Both the position numbers and the translations under genes were made by a program. The notes beneath the pieces are model-generated. The model had not been told where the DNA came from, did not search any database, and saw only the letters and a program-made list of their open reading frames with translations. Shown here one piece after another: positions 38,899 through 47,754 of a stretch of 64,000 nt of DNA; the stretch's first letter is position 1, and the number at the start of each line of letters is the position of its first letter. The stretch comes from an uncultured Bacteroidales bacterium. Its GTDB lineage: Bacteria > Bacteroidota > Bacteroidia > Bacteroidales > UBA4417. The stretch spans positions 11,022-75,021 of the forward strand of contig CAIRMR010000032.1 in assembly GCA_903879715.1 (NCBI GenBank), read 5' to 3'.

Positions 38899-39927
38899 AT
38901 GAAAAGCAGATATAAAATTCTTATTCACGTCCTGTTCTGGATATACATGCTGAACCAGGCGTTTTTCCCTGTATATCTAAACAAGATAGACACAAAACTC
39001 CTGCAGGATTATATTTACCTTAAGGATATTTTTATAACCACGCTGCTTAATATTGTTGTTTTCTACGTGGTTTACTTTATAATCCCCAAATTCCTCCGGC
39101 TTAGGAGGAAATGGTACGTTTTTCCATTTGTAATATTACTGGCAGTGGCATTGTCGGCGGTAAGACTACCTGTTGAAATTGCTTATTGGAAATACCTTGT
39201 AGAAATGTCTGCCAGCGAACTTCAGTTTCAGTACGAATGGATATGGGCTACACTCAAAATAACAGTAATAATCAGCATTTATGCCATGCTCATCCGATTC
39301 AGCATCGACTGGTTCGAGTCGCAGAAATACAAGGATGAACTTATTAAGGAAAGACAGGCAAGTGAAATTGCGTTGTTGCGTTCGCAGGTTAATCCTCATT
39401 TTCTATTCAATACGCTGAATAACATTTACTCACTCGTGTATAACAAATCGGACGAAGCTCCCGAAGCCGTTATGAAGCTTTCGAGTATTATGCGGTATAT
39501 GCTTTACGATTCAAACACGGATGTTGTTGCTGTAAACAAAGAAGTTGAATACCTGAACAGCTTTATTGAATTGCAGCAGTTGCGGATACTACAGAAAGGA
39601 TTTGTTGAAATTAAGGTGAACGGTTCGATGGAAAACCGGACAATAGCTCCTATGCTGCTAATTCCATTTGTTGAAAATGCATTTAAACATGGCGATAAAA
39701 ATCATGCACCAGGAATTATCATTCAGCTGAACATGGAAACTGACAGACTTGTTTTTACTGTCGAAAATTATATTAAAGTCAATGGTCAGCCATCGGTTGA
39801 TGAATCAGGTGGTTTTGGGCTTGAAAACATCAAAAGAAGACTTGGATTGTTATATCATGAAAAACATGAGCTTAAAATCAATAAATTTGATGATAAGTAT
39901 AAAGTCGAATTAACAATCCTGAATTAA
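38899..39927 (+). CDS. LytS/YehU-type sensor histidine kinase
   Basis: TM-rich N-terminus, a His_kinase motif (VNPHFLFNTLNNIYSL) and an HATPase region. Start taken at MKSRYKIL (38899). Confidence 0.8.
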   Translation: MKSRYKILIHVLFWIYMLNQAFFPVYLNKIDTKLLQDYIYLKDIFITTLLNIVVFYVVYFIIPKFLRLRRKWYVFPFVILLAVALSAVRLPVEIAYWKYLVEMSASELQFQYEWIWATLKITVIISIYAMLIRFSIDWFESQKYKDELIKERQASEIALLRSQVNPHFLFNTLNNIYSLVYNKSDEAPEAVMKLSSIMRYMLYDSNTDVVAVNKEVEYLNSFIELQQLRILQKGFVEIKVNGSMENRTIAPMLLIPFVENAFKHGDKNHAPGIIIQLNMETDRLVFTVENYIKVNGQPSVDESGGFGLENIKRRLGLLYHEKHELKINKFDDKYKVELTILN

Positions 39928-39928
39928 C

Positions 39929-40660
39929 ATGAAGATAAATTGCATAGCTGTCGATGATGAGCCGCTGGCTCTCGATATTATAAAGGCTTATTGCGCAAAG
40001 GTTCCGTTTCTTAACCTGCTTGGCACTTTCAGCAATGCTATTGATACTCTTGAATACCTTCGCCACAACTCAGTTGACCTGATGTTTCTCGACATACAGA
40101 TGGAGGAACTTACAGGCATACAATTGCTCAATTCACTGAAAAGCAAGCCACTGGTTATATTTACCACTGCTTACGATCAATACGCAATACAAGGTTTCGA
40201 CCTCGATGTACTCGATTACCTTTTGAAACCAATCCCTTTCGAACGGTTTGTAAAAAGCGCAAATAAAGCACTTGAGCAAATGCAGAAAGAAAAAACTATT
40301 GTATCCGAAAAAAAGGAACGGCCACCGACTTCGAATACGAATACATTTTTCTTTGTAAAAACCGAAACACGGATTGAAAAAGTAAATGCGTCAGAAGTAC
40401 TTTATGTCGAAGGTATGGGCGATTACTGGCGCATTGTCACCAAAACCCGCCGCATCATGACCCTGATGAATGCCAAAGGAATTGAAGAGATTTTACACGA
40501 ACCGGGATTCTGCCGTGTCCATAAATCATTTTTCGTTGCGGTTGATAAAATAGAATTCGTCGAACGCAAACAGATTAAAATCGGAGAAATCCTGATTCCG
40601 ATCAGCGATACCTATTCAAAGAATTTCTTTGATCTGATAGAGAAGCATAAAATGATGTAA
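39929..40660 (+). CDS. LytR/AlgR (LytTR DNA-binding) family response regulator
   Basis: Receiver domain (CIAVDDEPLA...DLMFLDIQM) plus a LytTR domain (VLYVEGMGDYWRIVT...HKSFFVAVDKI). Confidence 0.85.
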   Translation: MKINCIAVDDEPLALDIIKAYCAKVPFLNLLGTFSNAIDTLEYLRHNSVDLMFLDIQMEELTGIQLLNSLKSKPLVIFTTAYDQYAIQGFDLDVLDYLLKPIPFERFVKSANKALEQMQKEKTIVSEKKERPPTSNTNTFFFVKTETRIEKVNASEVLYVEGMGDYWRIVTKTRRIMTLMNAKGIEEILHEPGFCRVHKSFFVAVDKIEFVERKQIKIGEILIPISDTYSKNFFDLIEKHKMM

Positions 40661-40668
40661 GGAAATAA

Positions 40669-40729
40669 GGGGTTAGGTTTTAGGGGTTAGGTTTTAGGGG
40701 TTAGGTTTTAGGGGTTGGGATTTAGGGGG
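40669..40729. repeat. G-tract repeat (GGGGTTAGGTTTTA)n, telomere-like, potential G-quadruplex former
   Basis: Four GGGG runs and a final GGGGG run at roughly 14-nt spacing, read directly. Confidence 0.8.
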
Positions 40730-40750
40730 TTCAATATTTCAAATTTCTTT

Positions 40751-40915
40751 TTCGCCTTGTCGCTCTTCGCTCAGTCGCTCCTCACCCAATCGCTCTTCGC
40801 CCAGTCGCTCCTCGCCCTTCGCCCAGTCGCTCCTCGCCCTTCGCCCAGTCGCTCCTCGCCCCTCGCCCAGTCGCCCCTCGCCCAGTCACTCTTCCCCTCG
40901 TCAACTCTCACCCCT
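40751..40915. repeat. C-rich word tract (CGCCCAGTCGCTCCTCGCCCTT)n, reverse-complement sense of the GGCGAAGGG word family
   Basis: About 24-bp imperfect tandem units. The tract overlaps the last codons of 40908..42131. Confidence 0.8.
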
Positions 40916-42131
40916 TGTCTGACTGACTAATCCCCTGCCCCACCAACCATCCCATTGAAAATGCAGCCTGCAGGTTATATCCGCCTGTATCGCCATCAAT
41001 ATCCAATACTTCGCCGGCGAAATAAAGCCCGGGAACCAGTTTCGATTCCATGGTTTTAGGATTTACTTCTTCAAGATTCACGCCACCGGCTGTAACCATA
41101 GCCATATTGAAACCACCCACTTTTTCGACTGTAAACGGAAATTCGCAAAAAGCTGCAACCAACTGATTACGTTGGATTTTAGTTATTTCGGCTAAGCGGG
41201 TTTCGGGTTCTATATTTATTGATTTTAAAATCAGCAATACGAGGCTACGCGGCAGATCAAACTTTTTCAGATATGTCTGGATCGCCGTTTTACCTTCCTT
41301 TTCCGAAACTTTGATCAGTTCATTTCTGAAATCATCAGATTTTAGTTCAATAAAATTCACTTTAAGGATATCATTACTCAGAATATTCCTGGAGAAATCC
41401 AATATACCTGGTCCGCTCAGGCCTTTATGAGTGAAACCTATATCGCCGGAATGTTCCATTATTTTTTTATCTCCACGATACAGGTATACCATTTTATTTT
41501 GAACCGACACGCCCGAAATGGAGGCCATAGTATAATCACGGATAAAAACCGGGCTGAGAGAAGGTTTGGGAGGCACAATGGAATGTCCAAGGAGTTTTGC
41601 AAAGTGATACCCATCGCCTGTTGATCCGGTTACCGGATATGACATTCCGCCTGTTGTAATCACAAGAAACCTGCTGATAAAAACACCTGAACCAGCCTTC
41701 ACTTCAAATCCTGATTCTGTTTTTTTTATCTCTTCAATTTGCTGGTAACAATTGATCTCAACTCTGTTTTTATTGCAGACATTTATCAAAACCGCCAATA
41801 CATCTGAAGCTTTCTGCGATGCAGGAAATACTTTACCATTCTTATCTACAACAGTTTCCATCCCATGATCTTCGAAAAAGCGGATAAGATCGAAATTTGT
41901 AAAACCATGCAAGGCCGTTTTCAGGAACCGGTGATTTGCTCCGTAATGATCGAAAAAATCGCTCAGTTTACAATCATGTGTAAGATTGCATCGCCCGGTA
42001 CCGGAAATAAGAAGTTTTTTACCAGGCACTGCATTCTTCTCCAACACAATAACCTTACGGCCTTTGCAATGAATGGCAGTGAAAAGTCCGGCAGGGCCAG
42101 CGCCAATGATAAGTGCGTCAGCAGGTTTCAA
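40908..42131 (-). CDS. HI0933/YhiN-family NAD(FAD)-utilising flavoprotein (BaiN/aminoacetone-oxidase-like)
   Basis: N-terminal DALIIGAGPAGLF Rossmann motif, 407 aa, and C-terminal GLYFAGEVLDIDGDTGGYNLQAAFSMG. Confidence 0.8.
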   Translation of the reverse strand: MKPADALIIGAGPAGLFTAIHCKGRKVIVLEKNAVPGKKLLISGTGRCNLTHDCKLSDFFDHYGANHRFLKTALHGFTNFDLIRFFEDHGMETVVDKNGKVFPASQKASDVLAVLINVCNKNRVEINCYQQIEEIKKTESGFEVKAGSGVFISRFLVITTGGMSYPVTGSTGDGYHFAKLLGHSIVPPKPSLSPVFIRDYTMASISGVSVQNKMVYLYRGDKKIMEHSGDIGFTHKGLSGPGILDFSRNILSNDILKVNFIELKSDDFRNELIKVSEKEGKTAIQTYLKKFDLPRSLVLLILKSINIEPETRLAEITKIQRNQLVAAFCEFPFTVEKVGGFNMAMVTAGGVNLEEVNPKTMESKLVPGLYFAGEVLDIDGDTGGYNLQAAFSMGWLVGQGISQSDKG

Positions 42132-42201
42132 AAGAAAAGATTAATCTGGGATAAAACTGTATTATGAGGCAAATATAGGAAAGATTGTGGTTAGGAGCTA
42201 A

Positions 42202-43164
42202 CTATTTCAATACATTTTCACATTCCAACATAACCTTATCTCCAACCCCGTCGTATTTAAGAGGTTGAAATTTGCCACCAACATAATCCTCCTGAAAACT
42301 CACCAGGGTATAATAAGCACAGTGGCCATCTTTTGTTTTAACACCTATGGCCGCGCGGATGTAACGATGAAGGATTGCCCCGGTGAGTTCATTGCGCCTG
42401 ATAAACCAGTCGGCATCGAGAATTGATATACGCAATACTTCAGAGGCATCAATAAAACCGCTTTTCCAGTCGTTGCTGTTTTTAAATGCCGAAATCATAC
42501 GTGTTTCAAGGGCAGCATCTGTCTTTTTTGCTACAGGCATAACTGCATTTTTGGCTCCGGCATTTTGCGCAGCATTATTCAGGTCTTCCGACAGTTTTTT
42601 ATACATACTGAAATCGTTGCCCGAAATCTTAATAATTCCTGATGCGACATCATTATAATTGCATTTCACAACAATCTTTAGAGTATGTTCACCTGTTGTC
42701 AGCGTTGCCAGGCTTTCAGAATAATTTACCGGACCATCAAATTTCTTTCCGAATTCTTTAAAAGTGATACCATCTGTACTATAAGAAGATGTAAGAGCAG
42801 GATCGGGAGCAATTTCAATTACAAGATGTTTATCCCTTAAAACACTACCCGAAACACGCATATTTGCAAAAGTCATTTGCTGTTCCGAGGGCTGTTGATA
42901 GTCGTAAAGCGGTGGTTTAATTTCATAGATAAAGATCTCAATATCCAGCTTATCCGTAGGCCGGGAGCTGTACAATTCCTGTATTGTCTGTGCCAAAAAT
43001 GCAACCGCATATATGGTATTGCCCGCCTGGTATTCATTTTCTGAAGTTCCGGGCTGTAAGGGATTAATCGGTGTTTTAGAGAAAACAATTTCACCTGGAT
43101 TTTGTGCTTGTAAATACAACAGGCTGAATAGAAGAAATATGGTCAAAAAGAAAACTCGCTTCAT
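42202..43164 (-). CDS. secreted hypothetical protein
   Basis: Start taken at MKRVFFLTIFLLFSLLYLQA (signal peptide). No recognisable motifs. Confidence 0.5.
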   Translation of the reverse strand: MKRVFFLTIFLLFSLLYLQAQNPGEIVFSKTPINPLQPGTSENEYQAGNTIYAVAFLAQTIQELYSSRPTDKLDIEIFIYEIKPPLYDYQQPSEQQMTFANMRVSGSVLRDKHLVIEIAPDPALTSSYSTDGITFKEFGKKFDGPVNYSESLATLTTGEHTLKIVVKCNYNDVASGIIKISGNDFSMYKKLSEDLNNAAQNAGAKNAVMPVAKKTDAALETRMISAFKNSNDWKSGFIDASEVLRISILDADWFIRRNELTGAILHRYIRAAIGVKTKDGHCAYYTLVSFQEDYVGGKFQPLKYDGVGDKVMLECENVLK

Positions 43165-43427
43165 AATATGTTTTTTTACAAAATGAATAAGGTTAATTCC
43201 TGATGATAAAATCGCAATATGTGCATTGCGGATTAATTTAGAGGCAATCACATACCAAAGTTAAGCACATATTCAAAAAATACGCATATTGAAATCCTCT
43301 TTTTCCCGACTTATTATTATTAATCCAAAAATGTTAGAGTATAAATAACATTCTACTATTAAACCGGCAAATAATGATCATCATCAAATTTACTGTTCTA
43401 CTCTTTAAAGATTTCGGATAAGTCTGT

Positions 43428-43952
43428 TTATACTTTTTCAGAATTTGATATTTCATTATAATTTCCCCGCTTCATCAATGGGATAGAAGTCAATCGGGAT
43501 ATTTTTTCGGAAGCCAAATCTCCTTCCCTGCTGAAAGCCCATACAAACAACGCTTTTATCGGATGATCCTTGCGAATATTTTCTATTGCTGCCAGGGTAA
43601 GTTGTTTCGTAATTCCTTTTCGCCTGTATTCTTCCAAAACCAAAGCCGAGCATAAATACAATGCATCATAAACTGAATCCTCAGGTGTAAGATCGAAGAG
43701 TTCCTTTTCGGAAATTTCATGTTCCAGGAATCTGTTCATCAAATCCATTGTCGTCGGAATCAGTAAAACCCAGGCAACCGGGCCATTCCCATCATCAAAT
43801 TCAGAAACTGTCGCAGGATGAATCCGGTATAATCGCTCCATTACTTCCTGATCAACATCAAGCTGATTGGGATCGCTTTTATAGGCAAAAACATCTTCTG
43901 CCAGTTGAATCATTCGTTCGAGGTTGCTTAAAGCCATCTGTTCTTTCTTCAA
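43428..43952 (-). CDS. GNAT-like N-acetyltransferase
   Basis: Acetyl-CoA binding-like segment LVLEEYRRKGITKQLTLAAI. Confidence 0.5.
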   Translation of the reverse strand: MKKEQMALSNLERMIQLAEDVFAYKSDPNQLDVDQEVMERLYRIHPATVSEFDDGNGPVAWVLLIPTTMDLMNRFLEHEISEKELFDLTPEDSVYDALYLCSALVLEEYRRKGITKQLTLAAIENIRKDHPIKALFVWAFSREGDLASEKISRLTSIPLMKRGNYNEISNSEKV

Positions 43953-44098
43953 ATATTATTTCAATTCCAATTTAAGGTTGCTTTCCGGCATATTTCAAAA
44001 TCCGTAACTAATCAATCTCCTAAATAAAGTATTTTTTATCATTTCTGATTGGCCTTTGAAAAGGAATTGCCATGTTCCTGATTTTAAAAAAAGTCAGT

Positions 44099-44296
44099 CT
44101 ATTTCGTCTTTGACGTATTCCGAACAATCGGGATAACTAATCCAAGAATAATTGCAAATAAGAATGACGTCTTCCAGTCAACAATGGCGCCTGTCTTTTC
44201 AATCAGCAAATTCCAGAGTAAAGTCACCAGCACTGTAGTTATAAACGCCAGCACCACCGTCAATAAAACACTTAACATAAATTCTTTAGTTTTCAT
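44099..44296 (-). CDS. small two-TM hypothetical membrane protein
   Basis: 65-aa ORF with two hydrophobic helices. No other support. Confidence 0.3.
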   Translation of the reverse strand: MKTKEFMLSVLLTVVLAFITTVLVTLLWNLLIEKTGAIVDWKTSFLFAIILGLVIPIVRNTSKTK

Positions 44297-44548
44297 GGTT
44301 TTGGTTTTATTAATTAAGATTGAAAAAGATAACAGATTCGGGAAATAATTATTTTAAGGAAATCACGCAGAATCAATAAAGTATGCCATATTTATTAAAA
44401 GTAAAATTACGAAGAAAGTCGGAAAATTAACTTCAGGATGCGGGAAATAGTAAAACAAATCTTCACTAGCCGGCAACAGTTATTTCCATCCTCATCTAAA
44501 TAACGATGAAGGTGTCATATACCTGGTAGTATTGACTTGAGGCGGCAA

Positions 44549-45904
44549 TTACAGATGAAGTTTTTTCAATTGCCATTTCAGCACAAATAGTGTAAGCAGC
44601 GATGAGGTTAAATCGGCTACAGGACCTCCGAGCCAAACTCCATTCAGTCCTAAAAAGTGTGGAAGAATAAGAAGTGCTGGAATGAGAAACACGACTTGCC
44701 TGGTAAGTGAAAGATAAATAGACACTTTTGCTTTGCCGATGGATTGAAAAAAACTTGACGCGACAACCTGAAACCCGATAATCGGGAACATCATCATATT
44801 AATCCTCATCCCATTTACAGCCAACTTAATAAGATCAACATCACTTGTGAACGCTGAAGCAATCTGTTTTGGGAAAATTTCAGCAAGTAAAAATCCCAAA
44901 ATAGTCACACAGGTCCCTGCGAAAATAGTCAGCTTAAAAGTTCTTAAAACACGCGGTATTTGACGTGCCCCATAGTTATAACCTACAATTGGCTGCATTC
45001 CCTGGTTAAACCCGATTACAACCATTACGGTGAGGTTTCCGATACTGTTAATAATACCAAATGCTCCGATTGCATAATCACCGCCATACTTTCCAAGACT
45101 TAAATTAAGGATAGAAATTACGACGCTGGCACTCAGTAGCATCAGAAAACTCGACATCCCGATTGAAATAATATCTTTAATAATCTCTTTTTTTAACTTC
45201 ATGTAGCCTGGAAGAAAATGTACAAAACTTCCGGTTTTTGCGAAGTGAAGAACTGACCATACTGTACCGATTGCCTGAGCAATTACTGTTGCCAAAGCTG
45301 CTCCCCGGATTCCCCAGTGAAAAATAAAAATAAATAAAGGAGCCAGCGCAAGATTAATCCCAACCGTGATAAGCGTTGTAACCATTGCTTTTCCGGGATA
45401 ACCGGAAGCCCGCATGATGTTGTTAAGACCGAGGTAAAGATGAGTAAAAACATTACCCATTAATATAACCTGCATAAATTCCTTAGCATATGGTAGTGTA
45501 TCTTTGCTGGCACCAAGTGCGTATAGAATTGGATCCAGAAAAACAAATGTAATAAGAGCTACGGCGATTCCGAGAATAATATTCAGCATTACAGCATTAC
45601 CAAGAATCAGTGTTGCTCCCTTGCGGTCATTTTGCCCAAGCCTGATGGAAACCATAGCACTGGCACCCACTCCTACCATGGCGCCAAAGGCAGCAGTAAT
45701 ATTCATCAAAGGAAAAGTGAGCGCCAAGCCCGAAATAGCCATCGGTCCTACACCCTGCCCGATAAAAATCCTGTCGATGATATTATACAGAGAGGCTGCA
45801 GCCGTTGCAACAATAGCCGGAACGGAATATTGTAAAAGCAGTTTCCCGAGTTTTTCGGTGCCTAAACTATCCGTTGTGCTTCTTGTTGTACTTTTTTTCC
45901 TCAT
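44549..45904 (-). CDS. MATE family efflux transporter
   Basis: 451 aa with 12 predicted TM helices. N-terminal LLLQYSVPAIVATAAASLYNIIDRIFIGQGVG is typical of NorM/DinF-type MATE. Confidence 0.85.
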   Translation of the reverse strand: MRKKSTTRSTTDSLGTEKLGKLLLQYSVPAIVATAAASLYNIIDRIFIGQGVGPMAISGLALTFPLMNITAAFGAMVGVGASAMVSIRLGQNDRKGATLILGNAVMLNIILGIAVALITFVFLDPILYALGASKDTLPYAKEFMQVILMGNVFTHLYLGLNNIMRASGYPGKAMVTTLITVGINLALAPLFIFIFHWGIRGAALATVIAQAIGTVWSVLHFAKTGSFVHFLPGYMKLKKEIIKDIISIGMSSFLMLLSASVVISILNLSLGKYGGDYAIGAFGIINSIGNLTVMVVIGFNQGMQPIVGYNYGARQIPRVLRTFKLTIFAGTCVTILGFLLAEIFPKQIASAFTSDVDLIKLAVNGMRINMMMFPIIGFQVVASSFFQSIGKAKVSIYLSLTRQVVFLIPALLILPHFLGLNGVWLGGPVADLTSSLLTLFVLKWQLKKLHL

Positions 45905-46083
45905 AAGCCAATCACCAATTATAATAAAATACTATCAGGAGTTTTAACAAACCCGGATTTTCTGTATACAAAACAAAACCACAAGAACAGGAAGATTACA
46001 TTTTTTGAAGAAAAAATCGTGTTCCTTAGTTCCTGAAATTGTTAAACAAAAAATGTCACCAACGTAATTGCTGATGACATTGT

Positions 46084-46159
46084 TGGAGCGGAAAACGAGA
46101 TTCGAACTCGCGACCCTCAGCTTGGGAAGCTGATGCTCTACCAACTGAGCTACTTCCGC
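46084..46159 (-). tRNA. tRNA-Gly (anticodon CCC), CCA encoded
   Basis: Manual fold: GCGGAAG-TA-GCTC-AGTTGGTA-GAGC-A-TCAGC-TTCCCAA-GCTGA-GGGTC-GCGAG-TTCGAAT-CTCGT-TTTCCGC-T-CCA. 76 nt. Confidence 0.9.
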
Positions 46160-46323
46160 GTAGAGTTAAACCTGATTTATGCGTTATCTCAAAAAAATAA
46201 ATCTACTTTCAAATGCCAAAATTATACAAAGGCATCTAATTAACCAAATCATATTCAAACGTTTTATGATTTCGGGATAAATCCTTTTTATTTTTTTCGT
46301 CTAATCAACTTATGCGCAAGCTG

Positions 46324-46469
46324 TTTCATGTGCTATTATTTATTAATTCATTACTTATTTTCAGCAGTACTAATGCTTGCTTCGCAGGTATTTTTAACGG
46401 GCCACATGGAACTCTCCTGGAATAATCATCCCACTGTGAGACAATTTATTGTCATGTTCGTTTCATCTG
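46324..46469 (+). repeat. hairpin mosaic repeat, locus B (one long-form unit with a diverged hairpin half)
   Basis: The first 87 nt differ from locus A at only 5 positions. Bounded by TTTCATGTG and TTTCATCTG. Confidence 0.85.
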
Positions 46470-46579
46470 AATTCAAATATGCAATATCCATCAAAAGGTA
46501 AAAATTATCGCAGAAATATTAATATATCAAGAATGAGCACTTCTCACTATATTTGCATGACTTTAATATTTTTCGGTAA

Positions 46580-47332
46580 ATGATATCTGCACTAATTATT
46601 GACGATGAACAACCTGCCAGATATACATTACAGGCCATGCTCAAGCGTTTATTCCCTGATAAACTTAAAGTAATTGATTCGGTGGAATCTGTGAAAGAAG
46701 GTGTTATCTCAATCAATAGACTTCATCCTGACCTTGTTTTCCTTGATATTGAAATGCCTGGAGAAAATGGATTTAAGTTATTCGACTACTTTAACGACGT
46801 TCCGTTTTCGGTAATATTTACAACAGCATATCAGGATTTTGCTATTAATGCGGTAAAAGTAGCCGCTCTTGATTACATTCTGAAACCTATAAATCAAATA
46901 GATCTGCAGGAAGCTATCGCCTTGTATGAGAAGAGACAGGCAAAAGGAATTTCACACGAGCATATCGAAAAGTTTCTAAGCTCATTAAATCCGCTCCCTG
47001 ACCCTAAAGGGAAAGTTGCCCTTCCAACATTTACAGGTTACCAGCTCGAAAATGTGAATTCCCTTATGTACTGTGAAGCGGAACAGAATTATACCAGAAT
47101 ATTCACTGTGCGTGGTGAACCTATCCTTGTTTCAAAACCAATAAGCTACCTTGAGGAAATACTTCCATCTGATATCTTTTTCAGAATACATAAATCTTTT
47201 CTGGTAAATCTGAACTTTATCAAATCTTATAGTCGTTCTGAAGGATTCCAGGTGGTGCTTGACAATGGGACTATTCTGGACGTTGCTACCCGTCGTAATC
47301 AGAAATTCCTGAAAGCGCTTACAGGCAAATAA
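46580..47332 (+). CDS. orphan LytTR-family response regulator
   Basis: Receiver domain (LIIDDEQPAR...DLVFLDIEMPG) plus a LytTR domain (LMYCEAEQNYTRIFT...HKSFLVNLNFI). No adjacent kinase. Confidence 0.85.
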   Translation: MISALIIDDEQPARYTLQAMLKRLFPDKLKVIDSVESVKEGVISINRLHPDLVFLDIEMPGENGFKLFDYFNDVPFSVIFTTAYQDFAINAVKVAALDYILKPINQIDLQEAIALYEKRQAKGISHEHIEKFLSSLNPLPDPKGKVALPTFTGYQLENVNSLMYCEAEQNYTRIFTVRGEPILVSKPISYLEEILPSDIFFRIHKSFLVNLNFIKSYSRSEGFQVVLDNGTILDVATRRNQKFLKALTGK

Positions 47333-47727
47333 TAGTTGTCATTTGGTGATGCTGAACTGTGCCCGAAACCATATTCTGCCTTCTGGCGTAATCGTTTAAT
47401 TTCATTTGGTTTTGAAGAATTACATCCTTCACTTTCCTGCCGGTAATGTTATACCATTATTAAAGAGCCGGATTTTAAACATCAGGATTAATATCATGTC
47501 TTAGCCATGACATTCCAATCTTCCAATAGCAAAGTAAAAGCACTCAGAATTAAAAGCTGATGCCTGTTTATCAAAAGAACTATCAAGTCAGTAGAAAGCG
47601 TTTAATAGCTGTAATTAAGCGTTAAATTGAATTTTTCAACGTTTATACATTAATGTTTTCTTGTAGGAATTATCCCTTTATCTTCGATGCTTAAAATCTA
47701 CCATTTGCATATCGAAATTTTATATGT

Positions 47728-47753
47728 ACCCTGAAACAGAAATGTTTCAGGGT
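47728..47753. terminator. hairpin terminator abutting the GH13 stop codon, with the U-tract stronger on the + strand
   Basis: ACCCTGAAACA-GAAA-TGTTTCAGGGT followed by TTTTATTTT on the + strand. Confidence 0.55.
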
Positions 47754-47754
47754 T

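Noticed and set aside
40715-40930. 71-aa + strand ORF (SLFAQSLLTQSLFAQSLL...PSPSRSSPLAQSPLAQ)
   Set aside because: It is encoded entirely by the C-rich low-complexity word tract. It has a repetitive composition and overlaps the 3' end of the flavoprotein gene.
45944-46144. 66-aa minus-strand ORF
   Set aside because: It overlaps the tRNA-Gly(CCC) gene on the same strand, so it is spurious.
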